A DNA stretch of 32,000 bases from the NCBI GenBank assembly GCA_037441475.1, contig JBBISB010000001.1, forward strand, positions 336,418 through 368,417, in the 5' to 3' direction. The position numbers and the translations under genes are program-made. Shown one piece after another: positions 9,646-18,216 of the stretch. The notes under the pieces are model-generated. The model was given only the letters and a program-made list of their open reading frames with translations. It did not search any database and had not been told where the DNA came from. Every line of letters begins with the position of its first letter. Within the stretch, counting starts at the first letter, position 1. Source of the DNA: Candidatus Iainarchaeum sp. Lineage in GTDB: Archaea; Iainarchaeota; Iainarchaeia; Iainarchaeales; CSSED10-239.

Positions 9646-9948
9646 CTATTTAACTTCAATAAACTTGTTTACTTGTTTTAAAATATCTCTTAAAATAACA
9701 TTAGCCTCCTCTTCAATAGAGGTGTTCTTAATAATTATTTTTAAAGAAGAGAAGATTGATGCCTCTAAATCCTTTTTTTTAACATGCAAATAAAAAGGAG
9801 AGTTGTCCTTTGAAATATAAAAGTCATTCTCCTTTAAGATTGGTAAAAGCTTAGAAACATTAATCTCTAGAAACTTTTTAGGGTAATATTCAAAACCAGG
9901 TGTTGCCTTGCATGTATCCTGTATGAAATCTTTTTCTGTTAACACCAT
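9646..9948 (-). CDS. hypothetical protein downstream of the HerA-like ATPase
   Basis: 100-aa ORF beginning 6 nt after the ATPase stop, so probably co-transcribed. No recognisable motif. Confidence 0.4.
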   Translation of the reverse strand: MVLTEKDFIQDTCKATPGFEYYPKKFLEINVSKLLPILKENDFYISKDNSPFYLHVKKKDLEASIFSSLKIIIKNTSIEEEANVILRDILKQVNKFIEVK

Positions 9949-9954
9949 AATATA

Positions 9955-12801
9955 TCACATCTCTTTTCCTGTAACTGCATCTATCTTTAATATTCTTGAA
10001 GAAGTTCCTTCTATGTAAGTGATGTGCCAGATAGGCCAGTAAACCTCTTCATAAGAAACAAACTCAATTGCTCCCCATAACTTCTTTAGTCTTTCCTCTG
10101 TGTCCTTTAAAGAAAAGTTAACTGCTTCTAAAAACTCAACATCTTGTTTCTTTAAAGGCAAGACCTCTAAAGAAGAAAGAACCTTTAAAGTTGGGTTGAA
10201 AGGAATATCAAAGTTCTTGCTTATAAGCTTATATACCTCAATACCGTTATTGTTCTTAACTGCTATTAAATTTAAGTCTTTAAAAAGTGAGGTTCTCTCT
10301 GTTAAAAACTTTTCATCCATTTCAGTTTCTTGGTTTAAAGAAAACAAGGTTTGTTGTTTTTGTAAAATGAAAAGTAAATCTAGGTCCTCTTCTTTTAATT
10401 TATCTAAAACTGTTAAACCAGTTGATATCTTAAACTCACCATTTATGAAATGTATAAACTCTCCTGTAAAAGAATCAATGTAACAAATGTTTTTCTTAAA
10501 GTATTCATTCTCATCATAAACATTGAAAGTTATTTTATAGATTGACCTGTATTTTAGAACTGCTTTTTGTACTTCCTCTTTAGATTTAAAAAACAATAAT
10601 GATTTTTTTATATTTGCTTTTGCAAGTTCATCTATCCTTGATTTGTTTATTCTTTCAACAATTGTGTTTCTGGTTTTAACTTTACTTACCATTGGTTTTA
10701 TAGAATCAAGGTTTTCTGAAATTTCATCTAAGGAATCTTCTGGTAAGTCATCTAAGGAGTCCTCTTTTTCAAGAATAACTTCTTTTTCAACATGCTTTTC
10801 ATTTAAGAAAAGTAATGGGTCTTTTAAGATTACTCCTTTTGATAAAAGTTTTTCTAAAAGTTCATCCCAGTAGACATCTGACCTATACTTAATGTTTATA
10901 ACATCTAAAATATCTTTTGCAAAAGAAACTTTAATTTCTTTTGTTTTTTCAAGTTTTGCATAAACCATTTTAAAGGCAATCTCTATAATCTCAGGTTTAT
11001 TTTTTTTAACAACCTCTCTTATTGTCTCTGCATCACGACCTTCATGTTGTGACCTTCTTGGAGCTGCTCTTAAGATAAAGGCTCTTGTTGTTTCTTCTGA
11101 CCTATCTCCTACAAGGGCTGTTGCAAAAGGTAAGGTTTTTATAAAGTTTGGTTCCTTGTACTGCTTTGGTATTATAGCAGGCATTCTTTTCTGAATTGCA
11201 AAAATATCATCATTGAAAACTAATTTGTTTGAAATTAAGATATCTACTTGAGATAAAACCTTTGTATTTATTGCAGAAGGCTGTTGTGTTGCAAAGACTA
11301 AAGAACAACCAGGTCTTCTTCCTTGCTTTACATACTCTACAATACCTGCTGTTGCTGGTGTCTGGGAGTTACCAGAAGGAATTAAGGTATGTGCTTCGTC
11401 TATATACATCCATGTTGGAGGAATCTCAATCTCTAAAAGCTCCTCTGCCTTTTGATTTGAATCTCCAAACTTTTTAACAGCCTCTTGTCTTGCAATAAGT
11501 TTTCTTGCAGATAAAATTCTTCTAGCTAAAATACCAATAACTAAGGCTGTAATGTTTTCATCTAAAAAAGAAGTATCCAAAACAGTTAATTGATTTTCTC
11601 TTGAAAGCTTGGAAAGAGGGGTTCCAGAGTCAGAGAAAATACCCCATGACCTTGCAGCTTCAAATCTTGAAACAAGGGCTCTTATTGAGTCTGGTTTGTA
11701 TCCTTTTTGAGAAGATTGAAACTCTGAGTTGTTTTGAAGACAGTCTATAATCTCCTCTAAAGTATATTGACTTCCTTTAGCTGAGATTTTTTTAATATCA
11801 GGAACCTCTTTTGTTCCACCTGTTATATATCCTTTCTTTACAGACTCTAAGGTTTTTTCTAAAAGAAGACCGGATGGAGAGAACCTTTCAATACCAAAAG
11901 TTAAACACCAATCTTCTGTGGTTAAAAGTGAAGGGAACATTGAGAAGGTATCATCGTAAGTGTCTTTTGAAACTTGTGACTTTACTCCTTCTGGAACAAA
12001 GACTTTTAGGTTTTTAAGACCTTCTGCCTTTAAACCCCATTCCTCTAAAAACTTTAATTCCTTGGTATCTCTGTTTGGAAACTTCATGGACCAGAAAACA
12101 CCAACAGGATCTATAACTATTTGGCCTATGTATGGGTTAGTTCTTGCAAGCTCTTCTGCTATTACCCCTAAAAGATAACTCTTACCTGTTCCTCTTGCAC
12201 CGTCAAGGAAGATAACGTGAGGATTAAGACCGTCTATGTGTACTTGTTTGCCCTCTTGTTGTTTTTCTGCAACTTTTCCTATGTATGCTGTAGCTATTTT
12301 TCCATATTGTTTAAGAACAGATTTTTTTCTTCCTAAGTAAACTACATTAGGATCTTCAAAGTCTTCTAAAAACTTAAGAGGTGGTTTAATTGGTTCTTCT
12401 TTATTTTCTTTTATTGGAAGAGTTTCTTTTTCTTTAAAGTCCTCTATTGTTTTTTCAATATCTTTTTCTACATTTTGTTTTTCTTTTATTTGTTTTTCTT
12501 TTATGGTGTAATCTACTTTTTCTATATCTTTATCTATATCATCGTAAGAGTCTTCTTGATCTTCATAATTTTCTTCATCTTCAAAATTTTCTTCATCTTC
12601 AAAATCTTCTTCAACATCCTCATCTTTATCAGAAAAGTCTTCAACTTCTTCTAAAGGATGTTCTTCTTTTGATTCTTTTATTTTTCTTTCAATCTCATTA
12701 ATAGTGCTTTCATTTACCACTACTCTTTTAGAAGAGGCTAATTCTTCAAAGGAATCTTTTCCTTCTGTATTTTTATATTTTTCAATAGACATAAATATCA
12801 T
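9955..12801 (-). CDS. HerA/FtsK-superfamily (DUF87-type) ATPase with acidic N-terminal tail and large C-terminal extension
   Basis: Walker A 'FLDGARGTGKSYLLG', Walker B 'WMYIDEAHTLIP', and 'GRRPGCSLVFATQQPSAINTKVLSQVDILISNKL' typical of the HerA central domain. The N-terminus carries the low-complexity run 'EDFEDEENFEDEENYEDQEDSYDD'. About 330 aa after the ATPase core are unassigned. Confidence 0.75.
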   Translation of the reverse strand: MIFMSIEKYKNTEGKDSFEELASSKRVVVNESTINEIERKIKESKEEHPLEEVEDFSDKDEDVEEDFEDEENFEDEENYEDQEDSYDDIDKDIEKVDYTIKEKQIKEKQNVEKDIEKTIEDFKEKETLPIKENKEEPIKPPLKFLEDFEDPNVVYLGRKKSVLKQYGKIATAYIGKVAEKQQEGKQVHIDGLNPHVIFLDGARGTGKSYLLGVIAEELARTNPYIGQIVIDPVGVFWSMKFPNRDTKELKFLEEWGLKAEGLKNLKVFVPEGVKSQVSKDTYDDTFSMFPSLLTTEDWCLTFGIERFSPSGLLLEKTLESVKKGYITGGTKEVPDIKKISAKGSQYTLEEIIDCLQNNSEFQSSQKGYKPDSIRALVSRFEAARSWGIFSDSGTPLSKLSRENQLTVLDTSFLDENITALVIGILARRILSARKLIARQEAVKKFGDSNQKAEELLEIEIPPTWMYIDEAHTLIPSGNSQTPATAGIVEYVKQGRRPGCSLVFATQQPSAINTKVLSQVDILISNKLVFNDDIFAIQKRMPAIIPKQYKEPNFIKTLPFATALVGDRSEETTRAFILRAAPRRSQHEGRDAETIREVVKKNKPEIIEIAFKMVYAKLEKTKEIKVSFAKDILDVINIKYRSDVYWDELLEKLLSKGVILKDPLLFLNEKHVEKEVILEKEDSLDDLPEDSLDEISENLDSIKPMVSKVKTRNTIVERINKSRIDELAKANIKKSLLFFKSKEEVQKAVLKYRSIYKITFNVYDENEYFKKNICYIDSFTGEFIHFINGEFKISTGLTVLDKLKEEDLDLLFILQKQQTLFSLNQETEMDEKFLTERTSLFKDLNLIAVKNNNGIEVYKLISKNFDIPFNPTLKVLSSLEVLPLKKQDVEFLEAVNFSLKDTEERLKKLWGAIEFVSYEEVYWPIWHITYIEGTSSRILKIDAVTGKEM

Positions 12802-12909
12802 TCTTTATTGTTAATAACAATATATTATATATATAAAAGATATAAATAGTTATTCTTTTTAAAACTAACCATAATATATTATATACAAAAATAAATAATA
12901 TTATTATAT

Positions 12910-13422
12910 ATGGAAGAAAAAGAAAAATCAAACTTCACACACTCCCTTGTAACCATAAAGAAGCATGCATGGGTATATAGGATATATTACTGGTTAATTT
13001 CTTTTCCTTTAATGTACAGGATGAAGAGATTTTTAAAATATGCTGTTTTAGGTCTTGCAGGCACCTTTGCAGATGTTTTTATGATTTATGTTTTGCATAA
13101 TATCTTAACATATAACTATTTGTGGGTTACTTTTATTTCTGATTTTACAAAAACATTTATTAATTTTAATCTTCATAAAAAATTTGTTTTTAAAAATGAT
13201 GTAAAGGCTTTTTCTAAGAAAAACCTTTTTGCTTTTGGAAGGTATTATGTGATTAACTTTTCTGCTGTAATTATTATTTTTATAATGGTTATTGGTTTAG
13301 TTGAATTTTTAAACTTTCCACCTATCTATGCTAAGTTAACAGCTGACTTGATTATGAATTTAACAAGATTTTCTGCTCATAAATCAATTGTTTTTGAAAG
13401 ACCAGGAAAATTAGGGAAATAA
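12910..13422 (+). CDS. GtrA-family membrane protein
   Basis: Four predicted TM segments. 'FLKYAVLGLAGTFADVFMIYVL' and the two 'F.LHKKFVF' / 'FSAHKSIVF' motifs are characteristic of GtrA. The true start may be an internal Met (M35 or M38). Confidence 0.6.
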   Translation: MEEKEKSNFTHSLVTIKKHAWVYRIYYWLISFPLMYRMKRFLKYAVLGLAGTFADVFMIYVLHNILTYNYLWVTFISDFTKTFINFNLHKKFVFKNDVKAFSKKNLFAFGRYYVINFSAVIIIFIMVIGLVEFLNFPPIYAKLTADLIMNLTRFSAHKSIVFERPGKLGK

Positions 13423-13432
13423 ACTTTCTCTT

Positions 13433-14554
13433 TTAAACCTTTAAAAGATAATCATCTATTTTCTTATGAGCATCTTTTCTTCTCTCTTGGTGAGCTTCTA
13501 AAAAAGAAGTTATTTTTTCAATAACATATTTTTTAATTTCTCCAGTTAACATCTTTCCTGAAGAATAATCTTTTTCTATTTGCTCTAACTTTTTATCATC
13601 TTCTTCAAAAAGATATTTTAAATATTGGAAAGGAATATCAATCTCTGTGTTTCCACCTTTCTCTCTATGCTCCTCTAAGGTTGGTTGTCCACCAGAAAAG
13701 GCATATTTTTTTATTTTATCTTTAATCTCTTTTGGAGAGTCTGACATGAAAATTCCTTTAGCAGCTCCAGTACTGCTCATCTTTCCAAAGGCACCTGTTA
13801 ATGGAGGAAGGAAAGAACATTGTATGCTTGCTGGTTTATAAAAACCTAATTTTGGTAAGATATCTCTTGTTATTCTAAAATGATTATCTTGATCAACTGC
13901 ATGAGGTATTAAACAAGGGATATTTTTCTTTTTTAAAACTGAAGGTAAGAAAGCTAGTACTGCTTGCATAGAGGTGTAAAAGATAGACCCAACATTATTA
14001 CTATCTGTAAAACCAAAAGAAGACTTAACTGTTGAAAAAGTTAACTTCTTTGCAACCTTAATAGCTTCAGGATAAAGAAGACCTGCATGCTTTGTGTTAA
14101 CTATGAAAAAGGTTTTCTTATGGTCAAAGCCTATGGCTATAACATCAAGCATGTTTTCATAAGTCCATTTTTGAATTTCTTCGTATGACTTGTCTTTATA
14201 TAAAAACTTTTCATCATCTGTAAACTGAAAATAAAGTTCAACATCAAAAGCATCTTGTAAGTATTTTGTAAAATACCATACTAAGGCATGCCCTAAGTGA
14301 ATAGGACCAGATGGACCCACACCTGTATAAAGAAAAAACTTATTTCCTCTTAAGTATTCATCTAAAACCCAATTTAGATCTCTATGTGCAAAAAATATTT
14401 TTCTTTTAAGCATTGGGTGCACATCTTTTGTTATAGATTTTATTTTTTCTAAAACCTCAGGAGTGATTTTTTCAAGACCAAACTCTTTTATAAGTCTTTC
14501 ATAATCAACTTCTCCTTGAACTTCATAGGGAGTTACAATCATTTTTTCTGTCAT
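13433..14554 (-). CDS. trpS: tryptophan--tRNA ligase (archaeal/eukaryotic type)
   Basis: 'VTPYEVQGEVDYERLIKEFG', 'FFLYTGVGPSGPIHLGH' (HIGH-type motif) and 'GKMSSTG' (KMSKS-type motif). At 373 aa, the overall pattern matches archaeal TrpRS rather than TyrRS. Confidence 0.85.
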   Translation of the reverse strand: MTEKMIVTPYEVQGEVDYERLIKEFGLEKITPEVLEKIKSITKDVHPMLKRKIFFAHRDLNWVLDEYLRGNKFFLYTGVGPSGPIHLGHALVWYFTKYLQDAFDVELYFQFTDDEKFLYKDKSYEEIQKWTYENMLDVIAIGFDHKKTFFIVNTKHAGLLYPEAIKVAKKLTFSTVKSSFGFTDSNNVGSIFYTSMQAVLAFLPSVLKKKNIPCLIPHAVDQDNHFRITRDILPKLGFYKPASIQCSFLPPLTGAFGKMSSTGAAKGIFMSDSPKEIKDKIKKYAFSGGQPTLEEHREKGGNTEIDIPFQYLKYLFEEDDKKLEQIEKDYSSGKMLTGEIKKYVIEKITSFLEAHQERRKDAHKKIDDYLLKV

Positions 14555-14616
14555 AATTATTTTTAGGATGCAAAAGTATTTTAAATAGATTATAATAATA
14601 TATATTAGGTGAAACT

Positions 14617-14996
14617 ATGACATGGTCTTGGATAATCTTTGCTTTACTTTCTGCTTTTATGGCATCTTTAGTTGCTATCTTTGGTAAGATAGGACTTGAA
14701 GGAATTGATACAAATACAGCAACAGCTATAAGAGCTGTTATTATGGACCTATCTTAGAAAATCATAAAGCCTTTATATTTATTATTTTAAGTGCAATAGC
14801 AGGTGCTCTTTCATGGTTATTTTACTTTATTGCTTTAAAGGGAGCTAAGGTTTCTCAAATAGTGCCTATTGATAGAATGAGTGTTGTCTTTGCTTTATTT
14901 TTAGCATTCTTTATTTTAGGAGAAGGAATAACTTTAAAGACAGGGATTGGTGCTGCTTTAGTTGTTGTTGGTGGAATATTAATTTCTTTAGGATAG
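14617..14996 (+). pseudogene. small EamA/DUF6-type transporter, frameshifted
   Basis: Frame 1 gives 'MTWSWIIFALLSAFMASLVAIFGKIGLEGIDTNTATAIRAVIMDLS*' (stop 14755-14757). A shifted frame starting at 14757 gives 'ENHKAFIFIILSAIAGALSWLFYFIALKGAKVSQIVPIDRMSVVFALFLAFFILGEGITLKTGIGAALVVVGGILISLG*'. Together they resemble one ~130-140-aa EamA-type protein with a frameshift and probably a short internal deletion. Confidence 0.6.
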
Positions 14997-14999
14997 ATG

Positions 15000-15416
15000 T
15001 TATTCTATTTCTAATATTAAATCCTCTACTAATTTTTTTACTTTTTCTCTAGTATATCTAAATCTTTCTAAAGATTCTCCACACATATCATCTACTTTCC
15101 AAAAAATTACTTTTAAAGATTCTTTTAAAAAATCTGGCCAAGTTTCTTTTTCAGCCATAACATAAACTCTATCTGCATCATTAATCATATCTTCAGTTAA
15201 AAGTTTAGAATATTTATTTCTAATATCAAGACCAATTTCATCCATACACAAAAATAAATTTGCATGTTCAGGAAAATCACTTAACTTATGACCTATAACT
15301 CTTCCGTCTTCTGTTCCTGCACTTTTTGCAATATGTTTTTTAGATTTATCATTAAATAAAGCTTCTGCTATTTGGCTTCTACCAAAATTAGATTTACAAA
15401 CAAAAAGTATTTTCAT
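15000..15416 (-). CDS. low-molecular-weight phosphotyrosine phosphatase / ArsC-type arsenate reductase family protein
   Basis: N-terminal 'KILFVCKSNFGRSQIAEALF' is the C.{5}R(S/T) P-loop of the LMW-PTP family. 138 aa. Confidence 0.75.
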   Translation of the reverse strand: MKILFVCKSNFGRSQIAEALFNDKSKKHIAKSAGTEDGRVIGHKLSDFPEHANLFLCMDEIGLDIRNKYSKLLTEDMINDADRVYVMAEKETWPDFLKESLKVIFWKVDDMCGESLERFRYTREKVKKLVEDLILEIE

Positions 15417-15599
15417 TTTTAATCACTAATTATTAGGACATAGGGAATATTTTTTAAATAGTACTTTTATAAAATTAATCATTAAAAAAGTAATTTTTAA
15501 ATTAAAACAATTTTGGGGGAAGTGCTTTTTTAAAAAGAAATATTAGATAAACGTTAACAAACCAAAAACCATTGGGTGCGAGCTGACTGAAACCAGCTA

Positions 15600-15681
15600 C
15601 GCAGAGAATGAGATTCGAACTCATGTAGCACGAGGCTCAAGTTTTCGAGACTTGCGCATTTGACCACTCCGCCATCTCTGC
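15600..15681 (-). tRNA. tRNA-Ser (anticodon CGA)
   Basis: Folded by hand from the minus strand. Acceptor stem is GCAGAGA/TCTCTGC with discriminator G. Anticodon arm is CAAGT-CTCGAAA-ACTTG, giving anticodon CGA. There is a long variable arm (AGCCTCGTGCTAC) and a T arm ATGAG-TTCGAAT-CTCAT. No CCA is encoded. Confidence 0.85.
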
Positions 15682-15710
15682 AAAATATTTTTAATAAAAA
15701 ATAAAAAAAG

Positions 15711-15792
15711 CGCAGAGGACGAGATTCGAACTCGTGTAGCACGAGGCTCAAGCTTTCCAGGCTTGCGCGTTTGACCACTCCGCCACCTCTGC
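15711..15792 (-). tRNA. tRNA-Ser (anticodon GGA)
   Basis: Acceptor stem GCAGAGG/CCTCTGC plus G. Anticodon arm CAAGC-CTGGAAA-GCTTG, long variable arm, T arm ACGAG-TTCGAAT-CTCGT. No CCA is encoded. Confidence 0.85.
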
Positions 15793-15809
15793 ATTTTTTA
15801 AAAAAAAAA

Positions 15810-16142
15810 TTAGTGTACTTGCGAGCCATCTAAAACAGACTCTGATGGTAAAAGTAAAGCATCAAGATCTTTTGAACCTATAGCCAATATCATGCCTTGA
15901 CTTTCAAGACCCATTAATTTTCTAGGCTCTAAATTTACAATAACAGGTATTTGTTTATTAATAACCTCTGATGGTTGATATTTGGTTTTAATACCAGCGA
16001 TTATCTGTCTTTTAAAATCATTGAAGTCAATAATTAATTTCAATAGTTTATCAGAACCTTCAACAATCTCAGCTTCAACAATTGTGCCTATCCTTATATC
16101 AAGCTTTACAAAGTCATTATAAGTTATATTTTCTTTAACCAT
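15810..16142 (-). CDS. stand-alone tRNA-binding domain protein (Trbp111/CsaA-like, MetRS C-terminal-domain homologue)
   Basis: From the internal Met at 16142: 'MVKENITYNDFVKLDIRIGTIVEAEIVEGSDKLLKLIIDFNDFKRQIIAGIKTKYQPSEVINKQIPVIVNLEPRKLMGLESQGMILA', a near-consensus tRNA-binding OB fold. The tracked ORF's upstream 77 codons run across tRNA-Ser(UGA) and are not coding. Confidence 0.85.
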   Translation of the reverse strand: MVKENITYNDFVKLDIRIGTIVEAEIVEGSDKLLKLIIDFNDFKRQIIAGIKTKYQPSEVINKQIPVIVNLEPRKLMGLESQGMILAIGSKDLDALLLPSESVLDGSQVH

Positions 16143-16173
16143 TTTTTTTATCACATTTAAAATAAATAAAATG

Positions 16174-16255
16174 CGCAGAGGACGAGATTCGAACTCGTGT
16201 AGCGCAAGGCTCCAGCTCTCAAGGCTGGCGCGTTTGACCACTCCGCCACCTCTGC
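16174..16255 (-). tRNA. tRNA-Ser (anticodon UGA)
   Basis: Acceptor stem GCAGAGG/CCTCTGC plus G. Anticodon arm CCAGC-CTTGAGA-GCTGG, long variable arm (AGCCTTGCGCTAC), T arm ACGAG-TTCGAAT-CTCGT. No CCA is encoded. Confidence 0.85.
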
Positions 16256-16373
16256 ATATCTTACAAAAGAAGTTACTATATATAATATATATTAGAAAAG
16301 ATATATAAAGCTTATAGAAATTAACAAACATAAAAATAAGAGTTAGAAACAAAAAAATTATTTTTAAAAACAA

Positions 16374-16731
16374 AAGAAAAAGATTTATTTAAGATAGGGA
16401 AGCCTTCAAATCACATCAGTTTACCAATAAAACCTGGTTTGGGTTTGCTTCCCTAACTATCGCGTTTGCTTTTTATCGTCATACTACTTTAACACCACCT
16501 CCTAGATGAAAAAACTCACCTGAAAACATACTTACTAGGATTCTCATGCTCTTGAGGTCTCAAATCCATAAGTATATGGTCTGTAACCCTTATATATCTT
16601 CACCTTAAAAGGATAGGCAAAAAAGTACACTCTTTATTTTTAAAATATACCAGATACCTATTCACTTAGAAGGAAAGTAAAAAAAACAGCTAATTAATAT
16701 TAAAAAATTAATAGATACATAAACAAAAAAA
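16374..16731. ncRNA. ORF-free gap with possible structured RNA (unassigned)
   Basis: 358 nt with no ORF in the track (shortest listed is 60 aa). The central part is visibly more G/C-rich than other spacers. It has a perfect 9-bp stem (16395-16403 tagggaagc / 16447-16455 gcttcccta) and a 6-bp stem (16500-16505 / 16535-16540). I could not fit it to RNase P or SRP RNA architecture by eye. Confidence 0.25.
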
Positions 16732-18102
16732 CTAGATTAAAAACTTCTCTTTAGTTATAAAAAAGTCTGTTAAGAAATCAGCTAAAAAATCATCCTCTAA
16801 AAACAACTCATTTATCTCTGCACCAACATATATTTTATTTTTCAAATCAAAGGATTGTGAAAAATCAGTAATGATTGCTTTTGCAGAAGTCTTATCTCTC
16901 TTTCTAATAACATACCATCTATCATCTTTAATGAAAGGACCTAAGATAGAACGATTGTTTGTTAAATAGTTTTGAGAACTTTTATAATCAGTTACAAGAG
17001 GACCAATTATTTTTTTAAACTTAGGTAGATCTAAGGTGTTTAAAAGCATTATTAAATAACATTTATCTTGCCCCTCTGTATGATAAACATCATACTTTAA
17101 GACATCAAAGTCAGAGAACTCTAAATGAGTAATTAATTTTGTAGTACTGCTTTTAACTTTTGACCAGATAGTCTCCTTAAGCATATCCTTAACTTCAAAG
17201 CTTACAATAGCTACAGAAAAATTTTCAAGCTTACCTACAAGTTGATGATAAGTTACTTGAGGAATATTTCTTTTTTTAAAAAACTCAATAGAAGGATTTT
17301 CTAAGAAAGCACGAGAAGAGGCTATAAACAAACTAAGTTGTTGTAAGCTTACAGCTGATGCTACATTTCTAGAATCATCAATAGGGTCAATTACAACTAA
17401 GCTTTCAGAAAATCTTGCAAGATTAACATGCTGTTCTTTAAGTAAAGTAAACTTTACTGGAGTATGCCAGTTTGAGGCATTTTCAAGAACTGTTCTAAAA
17501 TCACCATAGAACAATATTAAAAGCTCACAAAGGTATCCTGAGAAACCAGAAACTGATGTGTCTGCTCCATAAGCACCAACATGCTTTAAAAAATACTTTA
17601 AAAGTCTTGTTTCATCTTTCTGTGTTTGAGACATGTTCTTTAAAATAAACATTAGATGTAAGACAGTTCTATCTACAGCAGAAATGATTGGCTCGTTTGG
17701 CTCTATCTTATAAGCAGGAACAACCTCTACCTTATGATCATCAATTACTCCTCTTATATATGGATGTTGGGAGTATGCTTTTTCCCAAAAATTACCTTTA
17801 AAGGTTTTTTGACCAATAGCTAAACCCTCTTCTATAAATTTATTTTTTTCAAGAGAAGGAGGGTAAAGAACAAAGATATCAAAGTCCTTTGTATCTTTAA
17901 GGTTTGTGCCTTTTCCAAAAGAACCTGCACATACTGCTGAAAGATGAGAACCAGATGTTTTTTCTATTTTTTTTAAAAGATTGTCAATAAATTTTTTTTT
18001 TTTAATAGTCTGAGAGCTAGTTGGTTTTATTTCATCAAGAAGTTCTTTTCTTGTTCTTTTAAAAAGAGCAAGTTTAGATTTATCAAGACCAATTGCACTC
18101 AT
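16732..18102 (-). CDS. cca: CCA-adding enzyme (archaeal class I tRNA nucleotidyltransferase)
   Basis: 456 aa. 'CAGSFGKGTNLKDTKDFDIFVLY' is the GS....T......D.D class I polymerase-beta motif. 'RLLKYFLKHVGAYGADTSVSGFSGYLCELLILFYG' matches the archaeal CCA enzyme core. Confidence 0.8.
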   Translation of the reverse strand: MSAIGLDKSKLALFKRTRKELLDEIKPTSSQTIKKKKFIDNLLKKIEKTSGSHLSAVCAGSFGKGTNLKDTKDFDIFVLYPPSLEKNKFIEEGLAIGQKTFKGNFWEKAYSQHPYIRGVIDDHKVEVVPAYKIEPNEPIISAVDRTVLHLMFILKNMSQTQKDETRLLKYFLKHVGAYGADTSVSGFSGYLCELLILFYGDFRTVLENASNWHTPVKFTLLKEQHVNLARFSESLVVIDPIDDSRNVASAVSLQQLSLFIASSRAFLENPSIEFFKKRNIPQVTYHQLVGKLENFSVAIVSFEVKDMLKETIWSKVKSSTTKLITHLEFSDFDVLKYDVYHTEGQDKCYLIMLLNTLDLPKFKKIIGPLVTDYKSSQNYLTNNRSILGPFIKDDRWYVIRKRDKTSAKAIITDFSQSFDLKNKIYVGAEINELFLEDDFLADFLTDFFITKEKFLI

Positions 18103-18216
18103 AATTATAATTATAGAACATAAATAATATAAATAGATTCATAGGTGTTTTTTACATGTCCCCTATAATCTAATTATTTAGGTCTATTATGTTTATATCA
18201 TCAAAGGTATTTTAAT

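Noticed and set aside
15575-15599. A GC-rich hairpin ('gagctgactgaaaccagct') immediately 3' of tRNA-Ser(CGA), considered as a tRNA fragment, split-tRNA half or anticodon-arm relic.
   Set aside because: A 5-bp stem with an 8-nt loop does not fit an anticodon arm, and no acceptor, D or T arms can be built around it. It is possibly just a processing or termination hairpin.
15554-15829. ORF 15554-15829 and the N-terminal 77 codons of ORF 15810-16373, which share the repeated peptide 'CRGGGVVKRASLES.SL.LHEFESRPLR'.
   Set aside because: The repeated peptide is simply the translation of the three near-identical tRNA-Ser genes. The real CDS starts at the internal Met at 16142.
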